Origin: Gnetum montanum
Lineage: Eukaryota > Plantae > Gnetophyta
DNA length: 64,000 nucleotides
Reading direction: 5' to 3'
NCBI GenBank assembly: GCA_015680685.1
Contig: MNCI01003445.1
Coordinates: 189,776-253,775 of the forward strand
Numbering within the stretch: the first letter of the stretch is position 1; every line of letters starts with the position of its first letter. Positions 51,930-64,000 of this stretch are shown here, in pieces. The translations under genes were made by a program, and so were the position numbers. A model generated the notes under the pieces. That model was not told the DNA's origin. It searched no databases and worked only from the letters and a program-made list of their open reading frames with translations.

Positions 51930-52720
51930 ATACAATGTTGTAACCCATGCTATGTTATCATTGATATCGTCTCAAGATGCATGCAACCCTATAAATACTG
52001 ACACTTGGGTGCACAATCAATAAATCTTCATTCCAAATCTTAGGGAAACTCTTGCAGTTTGTTTTCTTAGTTAGCGATAGAGTGAATGCCAGTAGTGTAA
52101 TGTTTAGCAATTGAACAAAATTTTTATTTAGTGAATTGTACTTGGATGCAATTCATGATGGCAATAGAGATCAAGATTGCTTTCCATCATTACAACATCC
52201 ACTTAGTTTTATTTTTTTCTTAGCATAGTTTTCATGTTTTGTTAGCTTAATAATTTACATTTCCAAAGCACTTTATTTTACTTGCTCTTTAGTAAAGCAA
52301 CATGAGTGCGACTAGTTTTGAGGATTAAAGTGTAATCATTTGGTAACCAGTGGTGGTTTCACTTGATTTGCTCAATAGTGAATTCACTTGGTAATCCCAG
52401 TAATAGTTAAATGAGTCCAAGGCATGTCTGGTAAACTAGGAATGGATGCTCATTGCTAGAGGCTAGAATAGATTTACATTCTTTTCATTACTTAATCTTT
52501 GTATTTAACTTCATTTCTATTATGTTTAAACTTAGGAGTAAAATGAGCCCCACAACATCACTTAACATATGCCTCACTACAAGTTAAACCATACAATTAG
52601 ACTTCACTAACTCAAGGTGAGAAGACAATGATCACAAACTTAATATCAATTACTAGCATAATTAAATTGTCTATCTACAAATTACAATCTAGTCATGCTC
52701 TAGCACTCATGAATTATATG
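51930..52720 (+). mobile_element. Diverged Athila-like LTR fragment
   Basis: 52050-52640 resembles 9378-9950 (atggcaatagagatcaagattg; gagtccaaggcatgt...aactaggaat). TATA near 51990. Confidence 0.6.
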
Positions 52721-52739
52721 GTAGAGTGTTTGGATTGCT

Positions 52740-55700
52740 CCAATGCTCACATTTTTCTTTTCTTGTTAAAATTTTCTATTTTGTAACTTTGAGAAAGCTT
52801 GGATTGTGGAATTCATGGGAGCTCCTCATTAGATTGGTATTAGAGTTGCTTGAAATTGAAGACAATTTCATTCAAGTGAATAATTCTCATCTCAATCACT
52901 CCAAATTTCCAAGCTTGGATGAATTCTCTCTTGCTACTTGTTCTACTCATCCTAGGGTTTGAAAATTTCACTTTGATCCCTAAGTTTACCATATATTTTA
53001 ATAATTGAAAGATAATTATGGAATTGGACACCCATTGGCTTGTAATAGCTAGGGTTTGAAGATCTTATGCTCATTTCTCTTAAGATCTAAGAATTTCATG
53101 TCTCCTTCCTTGAGAAATCTTGAAAATTTCACCTCTCCTTATAGAATTTTGTGAAATTTACCTTTTAGATCAGTTTTCATCATGCCTCCAAAGAATAAGA
53201 CAGTTCAAGCTTCATCAAGAGACATGGATGACATGAGAAATGCCCTCAAGCTCATTGTTGAGAAAATTGAAAAGCTTGGAGAGAACAAAGAAGCTACTAC
53301 TTCACCAAAAGCATCCAAGCAAGGGTACAATTCATGTAATTCTTCATCAAGACATTCATTAATGCCATCCCTTGAATATGATATTCCTTTTGAAGATGAC
53401 TACTCTAAATAAGGAGAAGCTTAAAATGATGTTTTTCTTCCTAGTGTTGAAAATAAGTCTTAATGCTTCATTTTTCCTAGGAAAGGGAAAAAGAAACTTC
53501 CTTCTAAGCCTCAAAGGAAGCAAGGTTAATTAATTAAAGTCACTCTTCAAAAATCTTCTAGACATGCTTCAAGGATGCATCAAGTTAAATTCAAATACTT
53601 TAATGGCATGGAAGGAACTAAATTTTTCCTCTCTTGGCAAAAAATTAGTAATAAGTACTTTGAACTTGAGGATGTGGAAATTCATCAAAAGGTATCTTTT
53701 GCTAAAACCAAATTAGAAAGCATAGTATGGTGGGAGAAGGAAAGTTAGTCTTACAAGGTGAACAATGGTACTCCTATCAAGGATTGGTCTTTAATGCAAT
53801 TCATGCTCAAGCAAGAATTTGAGAAGATTCATCATAAATAAGAGGGCATCCAAAAATTGAAGTACCTAAGACAAGATGATAAGAGTGTGAAGGACTACTA
53901 CATGGATTTATGTAAGGATTTTTAGCTTGCAAAAGCTTATTGGGATGATTATGAACAAGCTTCTAACTTTCAAGGAGGACTTAAAAGAGAGTGTCAATAA
54001 GAGCTAATATTCTATGAGATTGAAACATTAGATGAGGCTTTTGAATTGGCTCTTAGGGCTAAGAAGAACCTCCAAGGATACAATAGAGGTCCCAAATTTT
54101 CTAAAAGAAAGGACTTTGAAGCTTCTAAAGGTGAGAAAGAAGCTAATGAGAGGGGAAAAGCCAAAGAAGACACAAAGGAGAAAGAAGAGAAGTTCAAGGA
54201 GGGATAAGATTTCAAGAAAGACTATTACAAGAATGGAAAGAGTCAAGGAAATGGCTATGCATCTAGACTTCAATGCTTCAATTGTGGTGAAAAGGGACAC
54301 AAACAATGGGAGTGAAAAAAGCCAAAGATCTCTAAAGGCAAAGAACTTTAGACCTTAGAAAAGCAAAAATCCTCCAATGAAGGTAATCCTCATGCACCAA
54401 TGATTGAATATATCACTAAAATTAATTCCTAAAATTTTATGGGAAATGTTAATACCAATGAAGATCCTAAAAGAAATATGTTGAGGACGATCGGAGCTAA
54501 GTGCCTAGATAGTGATGAATGGATACACATTTTAATTGCTAGTGGAGCTTAAGAAAATGTGATTTCTTCAAAGGTTGTTTCTAAGCTTAGATTAAAGACA
54601 TTTCCATATCCTAAGCCCTATAGAGTCCATTGGCTATCTAAGGATAATTTCCAAGAAGTTAAGGAGAAGTGTATTTTATGTTTTAGAATTGGTTCTTTTA
54701 AGGACAAGGTCCATTGTGACATCCTTCCTATTGATTGTGCTAATGTTATTTTGGGACAACCTTGGAACTTTGAAAACAAGGCTTCTTTTAGTGGTGCAAG
54801 AAATGTTTGGTCTATTCCAAGATAATATGGAATACATGAACTCATTCATATGAGTTGGCAAAATATCCTTATTAATGCTTCATTGATCTTAATTAGTGAG
54901 CAAGAGTACCTACAAGCACATGAAGAGGCTAGGCATGGTTTTGTCATCATGTCAACACTTGCAAAGTAAAGAGGAGCATAAAAATGAACTTCCTCCAATA
55001 TTGCAACCTTTGGCATTGGAATTTGTTGATGTTTTCAAGGGAAAATTGGAAGGGCTTCTACTAATGAGACCCATCCAACATCAAATAGACTTCATACCAT
55101 GAGCTATAATTTCAAATGAAAGAGCTTATCACATGGCTTCAAATCAAAGGGAAGAATTTAGCAAGCAAGTGAATTACTATCTAATGATTTTATTAAGTAA
55201 TCCATCTCTCCTTATGTCATTCCAGCTGTGCTAGTTTCCAATAAGAACATTGATGAATAACAGATGTGCATAGATTCTAGGGTTACTAATAGGATTACTA
55301 TCAAGTATAGATTTCCTATTCCTAGGATGGATGACATTCTTAATGTACTTGCCAATGCTAAGATTTTTTCTAAAATTGATTTAAAAAATGGCTATCATCA
55401 AATAAGGATTAGACTGGGAGATAAATGGAAAATAGTCATTAAGACATTTGATGGCTTGTATGAGTGGTTAGTCCTGCCTTTTTGGCTAATCAATGCTCTA
55501 GCAAAAATTATGAGGCTCATGCATGAAGTTCTAAATGATTTTATTGGTAAATGTTATATTGTTTTCTTTGATGATATTCTTGTTTACAGTTCTAAGGAAC
55601 AGGACCATGTACATCATTTGAGGATGATATGTTCCAAGTTACAAGAGGTAAAGTTGGTGATTAATGTGAAGAAATGCCACTTCATGAAGAAAGAGATTGT

Positions 55701-58323
55701 CTACCTAGGTCATGTTGACTCTAATAACCAAGTCAAAATGGAACCAAGTAAGATAAAGGTAAGTAAGTAATGGCCTTCACCTAAGGATGTCGAAGAGGTG
55801 AGATCTTTTCTTGGTTTGACTGGCTTTCATAGGTGATTTATAAGTGAATTTTAGTTCCATTGCATGGCCTATGTCCTCTTGTTTAAAGAAAAATTCAACA
55901 TTTTTATGGGATAATAAGAAATAAAAATATTTTCAAGCATTGAAAGAGAAAATTTATAGTGCTCTAGTTTTGGTAATTCCAAATTTCTTAAAAAATTTTG
56001 AAGTGGAAGTAGATGCAAGTGGGCTTGCCATTGGAGGTGTGCTTTCTCAAGAAGATAAGCCAACTGCATTCTTTTTTGAAAAATTAAATGAATCTAAACA
56101 AAAGTATAGTGTGTATGAAAAAGAGTTATATGCTATACTTCAAGCCATTAAACATTGGAGACATTAATTTCTAGGATCAGAGTTTAATTTATTTATTTAT
56201 CAAATTAAGTGTCAAGCACATGAGGTGGATAAAGCAATTGCAAGAATTTCATTTTGTTTTGAAACATAGAAGTGGGAAGTATAATGCTATGGCTAATGCT
56301 TTATCTCGAGTACATGTTGTTTCTTCTAATATGAAAGTTTAAGGATTTGATTCTTTTACTTCATTATATCCTAATGATAAAGAATTTGTGTGCAATTTGG
56401 AAAGAGTTTTCTTCATTATTAGGAAGAACTAATCAATGAAAATATTATCATGTGAAGGATGGAATTTTGTTTAAGGATGGAAAAATTTATGTTCCAAAGT
56501 GTACTTTCAAGTACAAACTCCTTGAAGAGAACACCAAAGTGACATGGCTACACATATAGTCAAGACCAAGACATTGAAATTAGTGAGCAAAAATTACTTC
56601 TTGCCAAGTATGTATAGTGATGCAGTTAAATTTGTAAAAGAATGTTATACTTATCAAAAGTTCAAAGGGGGAAAAGGTGTAGATGGTCATTATCTACCCT
56701 TTGCCAATCACAAATGCTCCTTTGAAAAAAAGTGTTTCTTTGGACTTTGTTTATGGCATTCCTATGAAAAAATCTAGTCATGATTCTATACTTCTTGTAG
56801 TAGATAGATTTACCAAGATGGCTCATTTTATTCCATGCAAGAAAAATAGTGATGCTTCCCATGTTTTACATTTATTCTTTTAGCATGTTGTGAGACTACA
56901 TGACATTCCCTTAAATATTGTGACTGATAGGAATGTCAAATTGACTAGCAATTTTTGGAGATCACTTTAGAAATTACTTGGAACAAGAGGACATAGCCTA
57001 TTACCCCCAAAATAATGGGAAAATTAAAGTTGTGAATAGGTCTCTATTGAATATCTTGAAGTGGTTATGTGAGGATCAACCTCAAAGGTGGGAAAACATG
57101 TTGGCCCAAGCTAAATTCTCATATAATGATGCTTCCCATTATAGCATTGGTAATGGTTCCTTTATGGAAAATTATGGATTTTTACCAAGAATGGTTAATG
57201 AGTTAAGGAAATTTCAAGATTGCGCCTCTTTGAATTCAAACTTTGTTGAGCAAATAAGAGACTTTCATGAACAAGTTAAATCTCACTTAGAGAAAAAGAC
57301 AAAGATTATGTCTTCCAAGGATAATGAGGGAAAGAAGATAATTAATTTTTAGAGTGTTTATTATTTTTGGATTTACTTAAGTAAAGAAAGAAAAAATAAT
57401 GTGCACTTCTACAAGCTCAAGTCAAAGAGAATTGATCTATTTCATATCAAGGCCAAAATCAATCCAAATGCTTATGAGATTAACTTACCTAATGATTTTC
57501 CTATTTATTCCATTTTTAATGTTTTAGATTTGAGCCAATGTGATTGCATCAGACTTGAGGGATAGTCTTGAGATCCTCAAGGATGCCCTTGAAGACTCAA
57601 ACTTAGCCAAGCCACCAAGGAAAGCAATTGTGCTATAAGAAATGAAGGCTAGGATTATAAGAGGTAGAAAAATGCATGAGTACTTGGTGCATTAGAATAA
57701 TGAAGGGTCTAAAAATGCCATTTGGATCCATGAGAAATATTTGGATTCATGGGGGCTTAATGCTATCCCAAGTGTATAGCCAACTTGAGGGTAAGTTTTA
57801 ATTCTTAAAGATGAAAGAGATGATAACATCACCCAGCCCATATCTAAACCTTAACATGTTTATGCATATATGTTGGTATGTTGTTGTGTTTATCTTTTAG
57901 TGTTAATTTTTTGATGATGATCTTAGGGTATTTTGACATGTTTGGGAGTGTTTTGGGACTATTTTGATGAGTTTAGGTTGTTTCAAGGGCTTTGGGAACC
58001 TGTTTAGAGGTGTCTAAAGATTCTAGGCCTCAAAACAAGCATCTTTAACTTTTACCTTGGCAAGATAGATGTCTATCCTAACAATTAGATGTCTAACTTG
58101 CATATTAGACATATATTGTTTCTCATATATGTCTAAGCCAATATGTATAACATGATTTTGAGATGTCTACTCTGATATCTCTACACTCAGGATAGACATT
58201 TACTATTTTCCTTAGACATTTAGCATGGATTTTAACAGACATTAAATTGAATGATAAATTGGAGGGAAGATGAAGAGACTGGGGGGAAAGATATAAATAG
58301 ACTTCTTGAGCCTTGAATTTAAT

Positions 58324-58359
<36 letters not shown>

Positions 58360-58614
58360 GAGTAAGAGAAGAGTAGAGAGAGATAGAGTCTTAGCAAGGT
58401 ACCTTGATCATCATCCATGTGAGTGTGTGTCTTCTTTGATTGTATGTATAGGAGTTTGAGTATCTTATCTATCCTTGGGAATTATGCTTCCTTTCATATG
58501 TAAATTATCCATTTGAGCAAGAACAAAGCTTTCATTTTCCTTTTCTTATTCAAATTTTATATTTTGTGACTTTGAGAGAGCTTGGATTGTGGAATCCATG
58601 GGAGCCCCTTATCA
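52740..58614 (+). mobile_element. Chromovirus Ty3/gypsy element: 5' LTR remnant (to 52831), PBS-Met (52835-52845), gag-pol with chromodomain, PPT, 3' LTR 57821-58614
   Basis: LTR 3' end is repeated (52780-52831 vs 58562-58614). tggtattagag PBS; purine-rich tract before TGATAAC; (AG)n at 58326-58356 inside the LTR. Confidence 0.88.
53182..57780 (+). pseudogene. Degenerate gag-pol (Gag, CCHC, PR, RT, RH, IN, chromodomain)
   Basis: CFNCGEKGHKQWE; FSKIDLKNGYHQIRI...VFFDDILVYS; [15 protein letters not shown]...EKELYAI; VVDRFTKMAHFIPC; EYLVH*NNEGSKNAIWIHE. Confidence 0.92.
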
Positions 58615-61600
58615 CCTAGGACCTCCTACAAACCTAGAAGGGATGATCTAAGGAATCATACTGGGAGATATAGGAATCATAAAAATTCTCCCAGCTCATC
58701 ATCTTCCTTTTTATCTTCAACATCCAGTTTTGACAAAGATGAACATAGGTATGGAGATAGAGATAGAAACAAAAATCAAAGACAAGATACAAGGTGTTAA
58801 ATGAAGCATAGACAAGATCATCATACTCAGATAAATAGAAATAGAAATTATCATCATAATATGTCTGATGATGATGAACCCTTGTTATCTACTATAAGCA
58901 TGATATAGATAACGAAGGTAGTTAGAATACCTCACAGGGATCAAAGGGAAAGCCACATTAAATGAATTGATATGAATAACATTCCTAAATTTGAGGGAGG
59001 CTATAATTCTAATACAAAACATTATTCACAATCCTTCCATGATGCATGAACCTTGAAAAATATTGAAAGTAAATGGAAAAAGCTTAAGCTCTTCCCTAGG
59101 ATACTAATAGAAGAATTTGAAAATTGGTATAGATCATTGAAACTAGATTCAATCCACCAGTGGTCCATAATGCTTGAGCTCTTCAATGAAGAATACCAAA
59201 TCTATTTAAGAGTGTCTAATCTAAGAAAATAAATCCAAGGGTGGAAGTAAAAAAACCATGAATCCTTAGATATACCTTTGGCTAGATACTATTCTCTACT
59301 ACATAGATGTCCAAGTCACGGGTTTTCTCAAAACAAGTGGCTTTGTCCCATCATAGGTGGAATTTATAATAAAATGAGAGAGACACTTAGGATATATGCT
59401 CAAGGAAGATTATCAAAGTTGAGAGCTCATCAAATACAAAGGCTAATTAAATAAGTGATAAATGAATAAAGAGAAATATGTAAATAGGAGAGTGTAGAAG
59501 AATAAAACTTGGATCCAAGTCTTCACAAGAAGTAGGTTCATATTTATGATCAAGATAAAGAGGTAGCTCACAATGAGTTGATTTCACTCAAAAGCTTACT
59601 AGTATAGAAGTCTATTACAAAGATTGAAGTACGGGTAGATAATATGTGGAAATTGATGAATGAAAAAGTTACAACCATCTTGAAAATCATAAAGGAGAAG
59701 GTAAAGTAAATAGGATCAAGTGCTCAAAATAAGAAGAGTAAAAAGAATGAGAAAATAGGTAAGGATACTTATTCACAAAAGGAGAAAATAGTTGTAGTAC
59801 AAAACATTGCAAACTTAGATACAAAGGAAGATGATGGATGTAATGTATGTAAATATGAACATCCAAAGATATATTTCCCAATTATGTTACATCTCCAAGA
59901 GTCTAGGGCTTTTGCATTGAATCCAAAATTTCTAGAAAAGCAAATGCCTAGGAGATTGTCTTACCCACAAGGTAATTATGGATAACCCTATAACAAATGA
60001 TTCTATCCTTGTGGGATTTCTTATTAACCTTAAGACTACTATCAACCACAGTGGTAAAACACATAGTTATGGATGATGCCATCAACAAACTAACAATACT
60101 CCTATCTCTAGCTAAATCCTTATGGATATTATGTTCAACCACTTATTTCTCCTAATGGTTCTATTTCTCATGCCTTAACTCCTTACTACTACTCTCTCAA
60201 ATACCATCAACCTACAACATCTCCTAAAGGATTACCATCTTATGCCTCTTACCATTTGTCACATCCTCAATTCTATCATACCGTCCTCCAACATATGTTA
60301 CCACAAACAATGTAGGAACGACTGGCACCACAACCTCAACAAAAGAATATCACTTGGATTGTGAAACATTCTTTCTTCAAGATAGTTCCCACATAGGTGA
60401 ATAAAACCAGTAGATCTACTAGCTCATCAAGACTAGTGTAAGGGTAATCTACTGCAACATCCTTCCTCACAAAAGCAATGTTTCCTAATCCCATGCAAAA
60501 GCTAACAACCATTATCACTTCAATACAAAACATAAAATATGAACTTATCACTGTGAAGAGACAGAAAATTCCATTCATTACTAATAATAATAAAGGATGT
60601 AGTTGTAGGTTGAAAGTTCAAAATATTGATCCTATCTCTATACCAACCCACAACAAACTCGAGAAACAAGTGTATGTGCCAAACCAAGTCTACATAATAG
60701 CCACTAAATAAAAGACACCTAGTCACTCAAGAATGAGAATACCAAACTATTTAAAAGATGCATAAAAACATCCAATAAACTTATTAGTTCTCGTTCTAAG
60801 AAAATGAACCAAATAGAGAACTTAGAAAAAGATATCTTACACTTTGATTATACACCAAAAATAGATGCTAAATAAGAAGATCCCAAAACTAAAATAGAAA
60901 ATTAAAAAGGAAACATATTTGAAGCCTCTAAAAAGAAAAAAAGCTTCTAGTCTAACTAAATATGTCTCCAAATGATTGAAGCCTGATTATCATCAATGTT
61001 AAATGAGGTAATAAGAAAAAAATTAAATCATTAAAGATGATAAATAGAAAACTTATGGTGTATAACCAAGAAAATGTGTGGTCCATTTTCTGAATACTCA
61101 TCCATGAGTTTAGTCATGGAGGAGCCACCCCATCTTGAATCAAGAACTAATCAGTGCATTTTTACTTTTTATTTTACAATTTTTTATTTTTTATTTCTTT
61201 AAAAATTTTCAATTCTTATTATATTTTCATTTTCTTGTTATTTTTATTTTCTTTATAATTTTCTCTTTCATTGAGTCATTTCCTTTATGTTTTATGGATG
61301 TCTACTATGCTTTTGTAAGTAATGATGTTTTTAGTCATGATGTAGAAGTCAACACCATGTGTTGGATCTTTATCCTATGTTATCAAGTTGATTCGATAAA
61401 TAATTGTGTAATGTTGTGACACCACATCATCCATAGCTCTATTTTTTCTAAATAAGAGCTCTTTATCATAAAAACAATATGGTTCCTCTTACATAAAGCT
61501 AAAATTAACTAATGATCATTATGCCTTAAAGAAAGAGGGAAAAACCAAGTGAGAATAGAAAAGGGTATGACCTTAAGGGGAGTTTTTGGATTTTCTTCTT

Positions 61601-63943
61601 GACTTCCTTCTTGAGGGCTATGACTCATGGAATGTATCATCACTTCTCCTATAGCTTATAAAAGAAAGTATGTCTTTGTAACATGTGATTCCCATTTAAC
61701 AAAAACAAAAATAAAAAATAGAAATAAACACCCCTCTTTGAAGATATCATGGGATACAAGCATTGGTTATAGGGCTAGAAAGGCATGTTACCTATGCTTG
61801 AAGGCATCCCTCTAACTAAGGCCCAAATTTCCTTCTCAATAATCTCTAAAACTACTTTCTTCCTCTCTTTCTCTCTCTTTTTGGAGTAATGCTTGTTCTT
61901 TGCGGTTGTTGTGGACTCATGATGGTAGTTAAGAAGGGGCATGTCAATGTGAGACCACTGTTAATGGTATGAACTTGGTTTGAAACTTTGATGGATAAAT
62001 TTGATGATCATATTAATCACAATTAATACAAGAATCTATTATGGACTTTGGTTAGGTACCTCATGTTCCAATCTTTGCAATTCATTATCATCCCATGATT
62101 CACCTCACTATTGCATATATTATGAGCCTAATGGTTTTGTATAGTATAGTGCAGGATCTTAACCAAGATGGTTGTGTTTTGTTTTAAACAAAGGCTTGAT
62201 CTACATTTAACTTATAAGATACTCATGGACATCTATAGAAGTGGTTATGCAAGAGCATTATGGTAGGAGCCTACTTTGGGAAGGTTCCACTTACATGACT
62301 TTTGTTAATCATAGCTCTGAACCAACATCACATCCTCAAACACATCATGAGTAAATTCTCTAAATTTATGCATGATTTTAAGACTACTTCTCATAAATTC
62401 TGATTAATTTTAATACTTTTATATTGAACTGTCCTTCAAATTCAATTATCTTGATCACCATGTGAACTAGATCTTTGATTTTTATGTTCAAAAAATTCTA
62501 AGCTTTTCAAATTGAACTCATTTATCATGGGGGCTAAGGATGTGATTTTTGAACTTTCTTGGACATTCCATTTTCAAAAATTATAGTAGATAATGGTAAA
62601 AATAATCAGAGTAATCAACATAACTTGAACAACTTAATGATTTTAGTTACCTTAGAGCCTTGGAAAACATTATTATAAAATCACCTTAAGTCTAAATGCT
62701 AAAATATTTTTGAATTTAGAACTAAATAAGGATCCAAAAAGGGTTAATCATTAAGGAAAATTTACCAAAACTAACATTGATTCTTTTATGATTGCAGATG
62801 ATGCTAAAAGGAATGCCTAATATTGAAGGTCATTTACAAGGCAAGAAAAATAGATTAAGTAGAGGATAGAGGAGAATATGCTCATGAAAACATAATAGCA
62901 CTTACAAGAACTAAAGAAAACATCACATGTTTGTTGAACCCATGGGATGATGAGAAGAAATTTCAGTCCATTCCTCAAAAATGTTCTACATAAAAGAGAA
63001 GTGTCAACCTAATAACCAAGGTTGAAAAAATAGTTGCTACTAGTAACATCATGAAGATTCATCATTGTTCGATTTTTTGAAGACTTATCTAATTTTACAA
63101 ACTTCAATGTTTGTCCAATTATTTTTGTCATGTCGTAATGCATCTACTCAAATAAAACTGTGTAATGCAATACTCAAGTTTTATGATGGTGGCCAATCTA
63201 GTTTTGGTCACTCTACAATTTTTGTAATCAAACTTCATCCATGTATGTATAACTTGAGGATGAGCTTTTAGTTAGTCGTAGTAGTATGATGAAACCTAAT
63301 ATGTTAGGTAGCTAAGTTGTGTAGATATGATCAACCATCATTTTATCAAGTATATTAGTTGACTTAGATATTGTAGATGTTATATCACAAATGCTACATT
63401 GTAGATGCTTTATCACATCTACATTGTAGCATCCACATTGATGTGTCTCAGTTAGCTACAACATCATAGATGCTAATTCGCATCTACTATATCATAGATC
63501 CTATATTGCATCTTCTATAAATTAGCTATGTCAAAGCAACCTTGTTGACACATTCCTATCGATGTAGCCAAATGAGTTAACACATCCCTATTGACATAGT
63601 TTCTATATTTTCCTATAAATATGCAAGCACACGCTGTGTATTTGAAATCATTTGGTTAATGCAAACCCTAAAATCTTGTAGTTTTATTTTATAATCTTAG
63701 CAAATAGTNNNNNNNNNNNNNNNNNNNNNNNNNNNNNNNNNNNNNNNNNNNNNNNNNNNNNNNNNNNNNNNNNNNNNNNNNNNNNNNNNNNNNNNNNNNN
63801 NNNNNNNNNNNNNNNNNNNNNNNNNNNNNNNNNNNNNNNNNNNNNNNNNNNNNNNNNNNNNNNNNNNNNNNNNNNNNNNNNNNNNNNNNNNNNACCTGTA
63901 ATCAATGCTTAACAATCTAGATACCACAATAGTTCCATCCATG
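58615..63943 (+). mobile_element. Athila-like deletion derivative: gag (58615-about 61100), no pol, 3' non-coding region, 3' LTR from 63287 spanning the N gap
   Basis: 58980-59160 is a reverse-complement homologue of 42360-42550. 61110 and 62270 match 37900 and 36850. PPT-like tract then TGATGAAACC. 63330-63708 and 63894-63943 match 9075-9405 and 9943-9992. Confidence 0.72.
63709..63893. other. Assembly gap (185 N); additional single N at 63944
   Basis: N run visible in the sequence. Confidence 0.99.
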
Positions 63944-64000
63944 NTTTCAAATTGAACTCATTTATCATGGGGGCTAAGGATGTGATTTTTGAACTTTCTT

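Noticed and set aside
51930-63943. LTR at about 51930-52720 and LTR at 63287+ as the pair of one element
   Set aside because: By eye they are too divergent; 63287+ is much closer to 9069-10064. Left unresolved.

Overview
Land-plant nuclear DNA, AT-rich and transposon-dense. The only intact host gene is a minus-strand omega-3 (delta-15) fatty acid desaturase of the FAD3/FAD7/FAD8 family (12897-15436, 8 exons, 420 aa, three intact His boxes). Upstream of it lie two pseudogenised tandem copies of exons 1-2 plus promoter, joined by microhomology junctions, and an older fourth copy of the upstream region split by a 12.5-kb Athila-like LTR element (32056-44600, TSD ATTAG). The rest is nested Ty3/gypsy debris (Tat-lineage, Athila-like, chromovirus), LINE/SINE remnants and an assembly gap. 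Most notable: (1) A relatively young non-autonomous Tat-lineage element (1-8594, minus strand, tRNA-Asn PBS) encodes Gag plus protease but no RT/RH/IN. Convergent to this sits a plus-strand gene with four frame-preserving GT-AG introns (>=481 aa, basic/acidic/coiled-coil), which the ORF track shows only as fragments. (2) An LTR promoter is fused about 20 nt after its TATA box to FAD pseudo-exons in antisense orientation, with a second LTR downstream, making a candidate antisense-RNA unit. All alignments were made by eye, so boundaries of degenerate elements are approximate.
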